Below, one piece after another: positions 9,068 to 17,141 of a stretch of DNA of 17,141 nucleotides (position 1 is the stretch's first letter; each line of letters opens with the position of its first letter). The notes under the pieces are model-generated. The model was not told where the DNA came from. It was given only the letters and a program-made list of their open reading frames with translations, and made no database searches. A program made the translations under genes and the position numbers. The DNA comes from Ignavibacteriales bacterium (GTDB lineage Bacteria; Bacteroidota; Ignavibacteria; UBA10030; UBA6906): the NCBI GenBank assembly GCA_037441705.1, contig JBBIRR010000062.1:1-17141 (forward strand). The letters are read 5' to 3'.

Positions 9068-12000
9068 TCATCGGGCGGGCTCCGATTGCCCGTTGGCGAT
9101 CGGGATGGCAATGCGAAGCACGCTTCCCTTGCCGGGCTCGGAGTCGATCGTCATTGTACCGTTCAGCATTCGCACCCGTTCGAGCATACCGGTGATGCCC
9201 AACCCGCCCGAATGCTCGCTGCTCATTTCACTAAGATTGGGCTTGAATCCCCTGCCGTTGTCTTCGATGCGAACAAGGACCTGCCCCCCCTCTCTTACAA
9301 TGTGCACGCGACAGACGGTCGCGTGTGCATGTTTGAGCACGTTGCTGATCGCCTCCTGCACAATGCGCACAACATTGATCTCGAGGTCACGATCAAGAAG
9401 CCCGTCGATCGTCTCCAGTTCGCCGGTCACAGTCAGCGTCGTCGATTCGCGAACCTTCATCAACAGAGCGCGCAAGGTTTCGGTAAGACCTAACCGATCG
9501 AGTTCCGGCGGACGAAGATTGTGGGAGATCTCACGGACACTCTTGAGCACCTTCGACGCCGTCTCGGAAATCTGGGTGAGATCCTCTCGCAGCGTTCGCC
9601 CGGGATGTTTCCGCTGCATCGTCAAGAGTACTTTGTTCTTGATGAACAGGAGTTCCTGTCCGATGCTGTCGTGCAATTCTTGAGCGATGCGCTTTCGCTC
9701 TTCTTCCATCTTTTCGAGAATCTTGCTCGAGAGTTCCTGTTGATAACGCTTCTGCTTTTCGAGTGCGGAGACTTTTCTCACATAGACCAGGCTCACGACC
9801 GACAGCAGAACAAGAACACCCGCACCTTTGAACCACCACGTGAGATAGAACGGCGGCGTGATGACAATGGCAATCCAGGTACCTTCGTCATTCCAGCGCC
9901 CGTCGTTGTTGGACGCCTTCACGCGAAGCGTATACCGTCCGGGATCGAGATTGGTGTAGCCGCCGTGCCGTTGCGTGGCGGGAACGATGGTCCACTCATT
10001 ATCGAATCCTTCGAGTTTATACCCGTACCAATTCTTTTCCGGCGATGTGTAATTCAACGCAACGATCGAGAACGAGAAGAAGTTCTGGGCATACGACAAT
10101 TCGATCGTAGTTCCCGGCGGGATCGGGTTCGGCAAGGAGAGCGGCTTGTTGAAGACTCTGAAGTCCGTCAGATACACCGGCGGCACGTAATGATTCTCCT
10201 CAACCTGTTCGGGATAGAATGCGTTAAAACCGTTGACGCCGCCGAAGAAAAGCTCGCCTCTCGCACTTGCAAAGTACGCCCCCTGATTGAACTCATTGGA
10301 CTGTATCCCGTCATGCACATCGAATGTCTTCGCTTCCCCCGTCGCAGGGTTGAAGCGGACCAGCCCCTTATTGGTGCTCATCCACAACCGACCCTGTGCA
10401 TCCCGCAGAATCCCGTAGATGACATCAGGCACGCCGCTGCTGTGCCCGTTGAAGACACGCAAAGACGAGTCTTTTCTGCTGAACCGGTAAAGCCCGTCTC
10501 CGTAGGTCCCGAACCAGAGGAGACTATCACCTTGCTCGAGCACAGCATACACGGCGCGTCTCGCCGCCTTGTTGACTTCGAGTGAGGGGGTGAACGTCGT
10601 AAAGCGTTTTGCCCCGCGTGCTTTCACGTAAAGTTCCCCTCTGAAATTCGCCACCCAGATTTCACCCTGGGTCGTCTGATAAAGTGCGGTGATGGGACTC
10701 CCCCAGAGCGGATCGCCCGCTGCATCAGTTGACGTGTAGTGCGTCCAAGCATGCGTGGAAAGGTCAACGCCGCTGACACCGCCGTTGAAGTAGCCGAGAA
10801 AGAGCGTGTTGTGCTTTGCGTCGTAGCAAAGTGTCGAAATTTGGTTGAACAGAGGGGCTTGGTCCGACCGGGCATTCGCGACGAACCGTTGAAAGTGTTT
10901 CGTGCGCTTGCTGTAGCGATTCAATCCTCCTCCGTTGGTCGCAATCCACACACTTCCATCCTTCGACTGACATATAGCCGTGACCCGATCGTTGCTGAGG
11001 CCGTACCGGTTGGCAGGTTGTGCGCGATATGTCGCGATGCGTACACGCCGGACATCGAGATGATTCAAGCCTTCCCCGTACGTCCCTATCCAGAACTCTC
11101 CATCAGCATCCTCGAAGATTGCCGAGATGAGGTTTCCGCGTATGGTGGTTGAGTCGGATTTGTCCTCCATGTAACGCTGAAAGAGATTCTTGCGCCTATT
11201 CCATACCCTGACGCCGTCGGAAAACGTGCCGATCCAGAGGATGCCCGTTTCATCTCGATACAGGGAGACGATGAAGTCGGAAAGATATTTCCGCACAGCT
11301 TGCCGTCGGTGGTCGAACCGAACGAGGCCTGCGTCATACGTTCCGATCCATAGGCGCCCTTCCGGGTCGTTCGCCACCACTTTGATGGTATTGCTCGGCA
11401 AACTCGAAGCGTCGTTCGGCCGCTGGGGGTAACGCACAAATGTCCCTGTCGAATCATCGTATCGATGAAGGCCCCCACCCCAGGTTCCGACCCACACGGC
11501 TCCCGCATGATCGACGTGCACTGTCCAGACGTTATTGGAAGCCAGGCTCTGCCGATTGTTGGGTATGCTCCGATAGTTGATGAACACCGGGCGAGCGCTT
11601 CGTGTGCGCGCGGAGGCAAGGTCGAGTCTCGACACGCCGTTCGATGTTGCGATCCAGAGACGGTGGCGATGATCTTCGGCAATTGCCCGAATGGCATTTC
11701 CAGCAATGCTTGTCATGTCGGCCCGGTCGTGGAGGAACCGAATGAAGCGACCAGCCTCTGCATCATAGAGATTGAGACCATTGCCTTGCGTGCCGACCCA
11801 AAGATTGCCATCGGTATCCTGGAAGAGCGCGGTGACGAAATCGTCGCTGAGCGTCGTGGGATCGTCCTTCTTCGATCTGAAATGATAGAATCGTTTCTCA
11901 TGCGAGACGAACTTGTTCAAGCCTCCACGCTCGGTGCCGATCCACACATTCCCGTCGCGATCGCTCAGCAAACTCCACACGACATTGTCGGAGAGTGAGT

Positions 12001-12259
12001 TCGAATCCGCTGCATTGTGTTTGAACACCGTCATCGTGTAGCCGTCGAAGCGATTGAGACCATCCTGGGTGCCGAACCAGAGGAATCCCAACCGATCCTT
12101 GACGATCGCGTACACCGTGGATTGCGAAAGTCCGTGTTCTAATCCTATCCGATCGAAGCCGCCGATCTGCTGCGCCGTCACCGCGGCAGGAAGCAGCCAC
12201 AGGAGTGCCACTGCGCGCCGTAGGAAGGCACGTGTCCACATCCCTGCGCCGGTTGTCAT
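9068..12259 (-). CDS. Sensor histidine kinase: periplasmic two-component-regulator beta-propellers + Y_Y_Y domain + TM + HisKA_3 + HATPase_c
   Basis: GLSQSTVYAIVKDRLGFLWFGTQDGLNRFDG and many D.DG.LW(I/V)GT..GL repeats; YKLEGFDNEW...YTNLDPGRYTLRVKASNNDGRWN; PPFYLTWWF + TM; ERKRIAQELHDSIGQ; RIVQEAISNVLKHA, IEDNGRGF, GLGITGMLERV. The start is placed at ATG 12259 (12298 or 12241 are alternatives) because of the signal peptide. The ORF-track start at 12496 is probably too long. Confidence 0.92.
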   Translation of the reverse strand: MTTGAGMWTRAFLRRAVALLWLLPAAVTAQQIGGFDRIGLEHGLSQSTVYAIVKDRLGFLWFGTQDGLNRFDGYTMTVFKHNAADSNSLSDNVVWSLLSDRDGNVWIGTERGGLNKFVSHEKRFYHFRSKKDDPTTLSDDFVTALFQDTDGNLWVGTQGNGLNLYDAEAGRFIRFLHDRADMTSIAGNAIRAIAEDHRHRLWIATSNGVSRLDLASARTRSARPVFINYRSIPNNRQSLASNNVWTVHVDHAGAVWVGTWGGGLHRYDDSTGTFVRYPQRPNDASSLPSNTIKVVANDPEGRLWIGTYDAGLVRFDHRRQAVRKYLSDFIVSLYRDETGILWIGTFSDGVRVWNRRKNLFQRYMEDKSDSTTIRGNLISAIFEDADGEFWIGTYGEGLNHLDVRRVRIATYRAQPANRYGLSNDRVTAICQSKDGSVWIATNGGGLNRYSKRTKHFQRFVANARSDQAPLFNQISTLCYDAKHNTLFLGYFNGGVSGVDLSTHAWTHYTSTDAAGDPLWGSPITALYQTTQGEIWVANFRGELYVKARGAKRFTTFTPSLEVNKAARRAVYAVLEQGDSLLWFGTYGDGLYRFSRKDSSLRVFNGHSSGVPDVIYGILRDAQGRLWMSTNKGLVRFNPATGEAKTFDVHDGIQSNEFNQGAYFASARGELFFGGVNGFNAFYPEQVEENHYVPPVYLTDFRVFNKPLSLPNPIPPGTTIELSYAQNFFSFSIVALNYTSPEKNWYGYKLEGFDNEWTIVPATQRHGGYTNLDPGRYTLRVKASNNDGRWNDEGTWIAIVITPPFYLTWWFKGAGVLVLLSVVSLVYVRKVSALEKQKRYQQELSSKILEKMEEERKRIAQELHDSIGQELLFIKNKVLLTMQRKHPGRTLREDLTQISETASKVLKSVREISHNLRPPELDRLGLTETLRALLMKVRESTTLTVTGELETIDGLLDRDLEINVVRIVQEAISNVLKHAHATVCRVHIVREGGQVLVRIEDNGRGFKPNLSEMSSEHSGGLGITGMLERVRMLNGTMTIDSEPGKGSVLRIAIPIANGQSEPAR

Positions 12260-12308
12260 AAGGGCACCATTACTGACGAAAGCTCTTGTTGTTCGCATCT
12301 CACTGCAG

Positions 12309-12337
12309 AAAATACAGAACTTCGTCGGGTGCTGCAA
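12309..12337 (-). promoter_or_regulatory. Putative sigma70-type promoter for the sensor kinase operon
   Basis: On the - strand TTGCAG (12337-12332)-N17-TATTTT (12314-12309), just upstream of the candidate ATGs. Confidence 0.45.
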
Positions 12338-12563
12338 GCGTGGTGTATGCGACACACTCACGTCGAGAATGATGAAGCGATGCAGACTGCCGATGTGGGT
12401 GCGGAGATGAGCTGAGACGAGCGCGCTGGGCAAGTGAACGACGGGCCACCGGATTACCTTCGACGCAATCGCTAAGAAACAAAAGTGACCGTACAAATCC
12501 CTCGCAAACTCTCACATCCTTACGATGGGCTTGCCCGTCAGTCTATGCGTTGAGGGACGATCG

Positions 12564-12653
12564 CTACACCTTCACCAGCTTCACCTTCGTATCGTAGAAC
12601 GACACGCTTCCGCCAACGGAATCGAGCAGGTAGGTGTTTTCCCGTCGTATCAT
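12564..12653 (-). pseudogene. Remnant resembling the extreme C-terminus of a molybdopterin oxidoreductase catalytic subunit (TtrA-like)
   Basis: Manual translation MIRRENTYLLDSVGGSVSFYDTKVKLVKV*. The D.(V/I)GGS.SFYDTKVK.VKV* ending resembles, from memory, molybdopterin dinucleotide-binding domain termini. The frame is open up to an ATG at 12737 (57 aa), but the upstream part shows no recognisable similarity. Confidence 0.55.
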
Positions 12654-12678
12654 CTTGGAAGCATGCGAAATGCGACTT

Positions 12679-12707
12679 TTGAAAATCCCTGAGAAATGCT
12701 CTATATT
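12679..12707 (+). promoter_or_regulatory. Putative sigma70-type promoter for the restriction-modification locus
   Basis: TTGAAA (12679-12684)-N17-TATATT (12702-12707), each 5/6 to consensus, about 150 nt upstream of the ATG at 12861. Confidence 0.55.
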
Positions 12708-12860
12708 GTTCGAGATTGCGAGAGCAAAATCTGACATGGAATATTACAAGAGACCTCACGCAGCAATGCCTGACCATACCGACCTTCACCGCGGCGGCGC
12801 GGGATCCGCAACAGGTAACGCAATAGCGAGCCGAAATAAACGATAAAAGGTCATTGAAGC

Positions 12861-13285
12861 ATGCCCCTCAGCGAAGCCGACACCCGCGCCAAACTAATTG
12901 ACCCAGCGCTTCACGCCCGCGGCTGGACTGAGAATCTGATTCGCCGCGAGGAGACCGCAGGAGCCATTGAGGTCATAGACGGTAAGCCACGGAAGCGCGC
13001 CCGCGGCCGTGTGGACTACCTGTTGCGCATAGCCGTCAATGCCGAAAGCCAGCCGGTGGCCGTCGCGCTGATCGAAGCCAAGACCGAACACCTGCCGCCC
13101 GATCACGGACTTGAGCAGGCCAAGCTTTACGCCTCCTGTAAACGGCTCAATGTGCCTTTCTCTTTGCCAGCAACGGGCATATGTTCGTAGAGTTCGAGGC
13201 ATTAACTGGCAAGAGAGGTAAGTCTAGATGGCTGAATGAGTTTTTGAAACCAGATTGTTTTCAAGGATATGGCTTAAGCAAATGA
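12861..13285 (+). pseudogene. hsdR: Frameshifted, truncated type I restriction enzyme R subunit (EcoEI/EcoAI-like HsdR N-terminal nuclease domain)
   Basis: SEADTRAKLIDPAL..RGW, GRVDYLL, ALIEAK (PD-(D/E)xK), GLEQAKLYA. After ...LNVPF at 13160 the homologous-looking sequence continues in a shifted frame (FASNGHMFVEFEALTG...LNEF) to TGA at 13283-13285. No helicase domains follow. Confidence 0.8.
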
Positions 13286-13941
13286 AAGGCCAGATTAAAT
13301 CCAAACAGCGCGTTGCCGAATACGGCGAGGTTTTCACCAAGTCGGAAATCGTGAAGGCCATGCTCGACCTGGTGAAGCACGAGACCGAGCGGATTGATTC
13401 GCGCTTTCTAGAGCCGGCCTGCGGGACGGGGAATTTTCTGACGGAAATCCTTCGCCGCAAACTTGACCGGGTAGAAAAAACCTACCGCCGCAGCCAGTTG
13501 GACTTCGAGCGCTATCTGGTGCTGGCAGTATCGTCTATTTACGGCATCGATATTCTGGAGGACAATGTCATCGCCTGCCGGGAGCGGCTCTTTCAAATGG
13601 CCAACGAGCGTTATACCGCTTTGTTCAAGAAAGAGGCCAAAGAGGCCTGCCGCCTCTCCCTGCGCTACATCCTCCAAAAAAATATTATTTGGGGCGACGC
13701 GCTATCCCTTCAAACGGTTGGGAAGAATCCTGTTCCGATTGTCTTTTCTGAATGGACGCTGGTGAATGGAAGCAAAATCAAACGACGGGACTTTGTCTAT
13801 AAAGAATTAATTGAGCAATCGAGTCTGCGTGAATTGCCGTTGTTTTCCGATGTTGGGGAACATGTTTTCATTCCTTCACCGATCGCAGATTACCCACCGG
13901 TGCATTTTTTGGAGATTTCCCATGCCTATGGCGACAACTAA
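13282..13941 (+). CDS. DNA methyltransferase-like protein, SAM-binding portion only (219 aa)
   Basis: [14 protein letters not shown] (motif X), [12 protein letters not shown] (I), [11 protein letters not shown] (II), NIIWGDAL (III); no NPPY/DPPY/SPPY catalytic motif IV. ATG 13282 is preferred over TTG 13255. Confidence 0.85.
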   Translation: MKGQIKSKQRVAEYGEVFTKSEIVKAMLDLVKHETERIDSRFLEPACGTGNFLTEILRRKLDRVEKTYRRSQLDFERYLVLAVSSIYGIDILEDNVIACRERLFQMANERYTALFKKEAKEACRLSLRYILQKNIIWGDALSLQTVGKNPVPIVFSEWTLVNGSKIKRRDFVYKELIEQSSLRELPLFSDVGEHVFIPSPIADYPPVHFLEISHAYGDN

Positions 13942-15472
13942 TTACAACCCCGACGTCCTCTCCTGTCTGGCGAATTTGAGCAGTGATGAAGTCTTCACCC
14001 CGCCCAACATCGTCAACCAGATGTTGGACCTGCTGCCGGCGAACCTCTGGCACGACCCGAACGTGACCTTTCTGGACCCGGCGTGCAAGACTGGCGTCTT
14101 TCTGCGCGAAATCGCCAAACGGCTGCTCGCCGGGCTGGAAGAAGCCATTCCCGACCGGCAGGAGCGCATCAACCATATCTTTACCAGGCAACTCTTTGGC
14201 ATCGCCATCACCGAAATCACGGGCCTGCTCTCGCGCCGCAGCGTCTACTGCTCCAAGACCGCCAACGGCAGATACTCAGTCGTGGAAGGATTTGGCGACG
14301 AACAGGGCAATATCCGCTTCCGGCGCATCGAACACACTTGGGAAGACGGCCGCTGCGCTTGGTGCGGCGCCAGCCGCAGCGAATACGACCGCGGCCCGGA
14401 CCTGGAAAGCCACGCCTATGAATTTATTCACACCGATAAACCGGAGGAGATTTTTAACATGCAGTTCGATGTCATTGTCGGCAATCCGCCATATCAGTTG
14501 AGTGATGGGGGTGGGGCAGGATCAAGTGCAATACCTATTTACAATTTGTTCGTGACCCAAGCAAAGAAATTACGTCCAAGACATTTGACGATGATTATAC
14601 CTTCTCGTTGGTTTTCAGGTGGCAAAGGCTTGGATCAGTTTAGACATGAAATGTTGAATGATAGGAGAATCCGACATCTTGTGGATTTCTCTGACTCTAT
14701 CGATTGCTTTCCAGGAGTTGATATTGCTGGTGGAGTTTGTTACTTCTTATGGGATAGAGACAATCCAGGTGATTGTAGAGTGGTCAATATTCATAAGGGC
14801 AAGTCAACTATTTCTGTTAGACCTTTGAATGAATTTGAAACCTTTATTAGAGACAGTATTGCTGTAGCAATAATAAAGAAAGTGAAGGCTAAAGGAGAAG
14901 CGTCTCTATCTGAGATTGTTTCAAGCAGGAAGCCTTTTGGTCTTGAATCGAAGCAAAGGTCATACTCAAAAGGGGATTTAAGATTGGTTTGGAGCGGTGG
15001 AGAGGGAGTAATACCGTCGTCTAAAGTGCCATCTGGTAAAAACCTAATAGACAAATGGAAAGTATTGCTATCCAAAACATCACATGACCATGCAGGGCAA
15101 CCAGATAAGGATGGAAAGAGAAGAGTTCTTTCTCGTATTGAAGTATTGCCTCCAAACACAGTCTGTACAGAATCATATTTAATAGTTGGACCGTTTGCCA
15201 ATAAAAAACAAGCGCAAAATATGGAGATATATTTAAAAACAAAGTTTTGTCGCTTTCTTATTTCAACAATTCTGCTAACTCAGAATATTGCAAGAGACAA
15301 GTTTAGCTTCGTACCGTTACCAGATTTGAGTGTAGCATGGACGGATGCTCTATTATATAAAAAATATGGCTTATCACCTGAAGAAATTGAGTTTATCGAA
15401 TCACGCATTCGCCCGATGGAAAACGGTGAGGAGGTTCTCAAAATAGAAAACGAAGAGGACGACGATGCCTAA
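13922..15472 (+). CDS. Eco57I-domain N6-adenine DNA methyltransferase (gamma-class order) with C-terminal target-recognition region
   Basis: [63 protein letters not shown]-terminal [22 protein letters not shown]. Start at 13922 (GGAG SD at 13911) or 13928; the ORF-track TTG 13811 is too long. Confidence 0.9.
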   Translation: MPMATTNYNPDVLSCLANLSSDEVFTPPNIVNQMLDLLPANLWHDPNVTFLDPACKTGVFLREIAKRLLAGLEEAIPDRQERINHIFTRQLFGIAITEITGLLSRRSVYCSKTANGRYSVVEGFGDEQGNIRFRRIEHTWEDGRCAWCGASRSEYDRGPDLESHAYEFIHTDKPEEIFNMQFDVIVGNPPYQLSDGGGAGSSAIPIYNLFVTQAKKLRPRHLTMIIPSRWFSGGKGLDQFRHEMLNDRRIRHLVDFSDSIDCFPGVDIAGGVCYFLWDRDNPGDCRVVNIHKGKSTISVRPLNEFETFIRDSIAVAIIKKVKAKGEASLSEIVSSRKPFGLESKQRSYSKGDLRLVWSGGEGVIPSSKVPSGKNLIDKWKVLLSKTSHDHAGQPDKDGKRRVLSRIEVLPPNTVCTESYLIVGPFANKKQAQNMEIYLKTKFCRFLISTILLTQNIARDKFSFVPLPDLSVAWTDALLYKKYGLSPEEIEFIESRIRPMENGEEVLKIENEEDDDA

Positions 15473-17141
15473 CGACTTTTTCCCACCCCGGCCGTCTGCT
15501 GCGCCCAAAATCTATGCCTACGAGGACACCCATCCGCAGTACGCGGGGTTGCTCAAGATCGGCTATACCACCAAGGACGTGCGCGAACGCGTGGCGGCGC
15601 AATATCCCACCACCCGCCCAGGTGATCCGCCTTACCGTATCGTGCTGGAAGAATCGGCCATGCGCAATGACGGCACGACCTTTACCGACCGCGACGTGCA
15701 CCGCTACTTGCGCGAGCGCGGGATCCCCAACCCGGAAGGCGAGTGGTTTCAGTGTACCGTGGAAGACGTGCGCGCCGCCATCCTGGCCATACAACGGGGA
15801 GAATTGAACGAAGAGCAGCGCACCCTCGTTTTCTCTATGCGGCCGGAACAACAGCAGGCCGTTGAACGAACCGCTGCTTACTTTCGGCAGTTCCACCCCA
15901 AAACCACCGCCAAGCCTTCGCATTTCCTCTGGAACGCCAAGATGCGCTTCGGCAAGACCTTCGCCGCCTACCAACTGGCCAAGAAAATGGGCTGGAAAAA
16001 GATTCTAGTACTGACCTTCAAGCCCGCTGTGCAAAGCGCCTGGGAATCAGACCTCAAAAGCCATGTAGATTTCACCGGTTGGCAGTTCATCTCCAGCAGG
16101 GATCTGCCCGTCCAAGGCGACCCGGTCTACGACAAGAGCCGCCCGGTGGTGTGCTTTGGCTCCTTTCAGGATTACCTGGGAAAGAATCCCAGCACCGGCG
16201 GCATCAAGACCAAGAACGAATGGGTGCACGCCACCCACTGGGACTGCGTCATCCTGGACGAATACCACTACGGCGCCTGGCGTGAAAAAGCCAAAGACCT
16301 TTTCGAGGGCGAGGAGGCAGATGAGATCCGCTTTGCTCTGGGCGAGGCAGCGGAATTCCTGAAAGAGGCCGACGAGGAACTGGAGAATTTCCTCCCCATC
16401 ACCAGCGACCACTACCTGTATCTTTCCGGCACGCCCTTTCGTGCCATCGCCTCGGGAGAGTTCATCGAAGAACAGATTTTCAACTGGACCTATTCGGACG
16501 AACAGCAGGCCAAAGAGTCGTGGCAAGGCCCGGATAACCCCTACGCTATGCTGCCGCGTATGGTGCTCCTTACCTATCAACTGCCGGATGAGATCCGCGA
16601 AATCGCCCTTCAGGGCGAGTTCGATGAGTTCGACCTGAACACCTTCTTTTCCGCCACCGGTCATGGGCATTTCGCTCAATTCAGATACGAGGACGAGGTT
16701 CAAAAATGGCTGGATCTAATCCGCGGCGCCTTCTTGCCCGCCGCGGTGGATGACCTCAAGCTCGGCAAAGAGCGGCGGCCGCCTCTGCCCTTTTCCGACC
16801 GGCGGCTGCTCAACGTCCTTTCGCATACGCTGTGGTTCTTGCCCAGCGTTGCCGCCTGTCATGCTATGGCTAACCTGTTGGCCGAGCGGCAAAACCGCTT
16901 TTACCGCGATTACGAGGTCATCGTGGCCGCAGGCGCAGAGGCGGGCATCGGTGTGGATGCCCTAAAACCGGTGCTACGGGCAATGGGCGACCCCCTCCAA
17001 ACCAAGACCATTACCTTGACGTGCGGCAAGCTGACCACCGGCGTCACGGTGCGGCCCTGGACGGGCATCTTCATGCTGCGCAACTCCTCCAGCCCAGAAA
17101 CCTACTTCCAGGCCGCTTTCCGCGTGCAATCGCCGTGGACC
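15465..17141 (+). CDS. T5orf172 (GIY-YIG superfamily) nuclease-SF2 DExH helicase fusion, putative restriction subunit; partial, open at window end
   Basis: Not in the ORF track because there is no stop. Manual translation: [46 protein letters not shown]...DRDVHRYL...GEWF; MRPEQQQAV; [11 protein letters not shown] (Walker A); ILDEYHYG (DEYH at 16257-16268); YLSGTPF; LTTGVTV; [12 protein letters not shown]. 559 codons; overlaps the MTase stop by 8 nt. Confidence 0.9.
   Translation, partial: MPNDFFPPRPSAAPKIYAYEDTHPQYAGLLKIGYTTKDVRERVAAQYPTTRPGDPPYRIVLEESAMRNDGTTFTDRDVHRYLRERGIPNPEGEWFQCTVEDVRAAILAIQRGELNEEQRTLVFSMRPEQQQAVERTAAYFRQFHPKTTAKPSHFLWNAKMRFGKTFAAYQLAKKMGWKKILVLTFKPAVQSAWESDLKSHVDFTGWQFISSRDLPVQGDPVYDKSRPVVCFGSFQDYLGKNPSTGGIKTKNEWVHATHWDCVILDEYHYGAWREKAKDLFEGEEADEIRFALGEAAEFLKEADEELENFLPITSDHYLYLSGTPFRAIASGEFIEEQIFNWTYSDEQQAKESWQGPDNPYAMLPRMVLLTYQLPDEIREIALQGEFDEFDLNTFFSATGHGHFAQFRYEDEVQKWLDLIRGAFLPAAVDDLKLGKERRPPLPFSDRRLLNVLSHTLWFLPSVAACHAMANLLAERQNRFYRDYEVIVAAGAEAGIGVDALKPVLRAMGDPLQTKTITLTCGKLTTGVTVRPWTGIFMLRNSSSPETYFQAAFRVQSPWT

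Noticed and set aside
9521-10585. 354-aa + strand ORF (also 9093-9683, 11465-11998)
   Set aside because: Antisense shadow of the well-supported sensor kinase; no recognisable motifs; expected in GC-rich coding DNA.
12260-12496. 79-aa N-terminal extension of the kinase in the ORF track
   Set aside because: TTG start, non-conserved-looking sequence, pushes the signal peptide far inside, and contains a plausible promoter at 12309-12337.
12300-12860. Searched the intergenic region for tRNA, att site, CRISPR array, IS ends or riboswitch
   Set aside because: No cloverleaf, regular repeats or terminal inverted repeats visible by eye, and no integrase or transposase in the window. An Rfam/Infernal scan would be needed to exclude structured RNA.
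15438-16965. ORF-track entries in this region (15438-15974, 16047-16703, 15514-15807 etc.)
   Set aside because: Alternative-frame or antisense shadows of the stop-less helicase gene starting at 15465.
13282-17141. Assignment to BREX, DISARM or classical type I/III RM
   Set aside because: No PglZ, BrxC, DrmA/B, PLD, HsdS or beta-class Mod gene within the window; downstream genes are unseen, so this remains provisional.

Overview
GC-rich bacterial window. The NYPNPFNP-type secretion tails suggest an Ignavibacteria/Bacteroidota-Chlorobi-like lineage (inference). It has three blocks. (1) 1-3046, + strand housekeeping run: a YghO/bCerS-like GNAT acyltransferase whose apparent ATG is out of frame, ilvE, a universal stress protein with a basic N-terminal tail, and a CPXCG-family Cys-rich protein, ending at an intrinsic terminator shared with the convergent block. 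(2) 3127-12340, - strand cassette: a beta-propeller/Y_Y_Y/HisKA_3 sensor kinase, a NarL-type regulator, then a palindromic operator and promoter upstream of a receiver-only protein and two secreted beta-propeller proteins (FG-GAP/ASPIC and LVIVD) with T9SS-type tails. (3) 12560-17141, defence hot-spot: a short remnant resembling a molybdopterin oxidoreductase C-terminus, a sigma70-like promoter, a frameshifted and truncated type I hsdR fragment, then a tightly coupled three-gene RM-like operon. The operon encodes a SAM-binding-only MTase-like protein, an NPPY adenine MTase with degenerate SAM motifs and an AT-rich C-terminal half, and a T5orf172(GIY-YIG)-SF2 helicase that runs off the window end and is absent from the ORF track. 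The best candidate for an under-described system is this three-gene module, in which the methyltransferase may be split across two complementary subunits. All family assignments come from motif recognition by eye; no searches were run.
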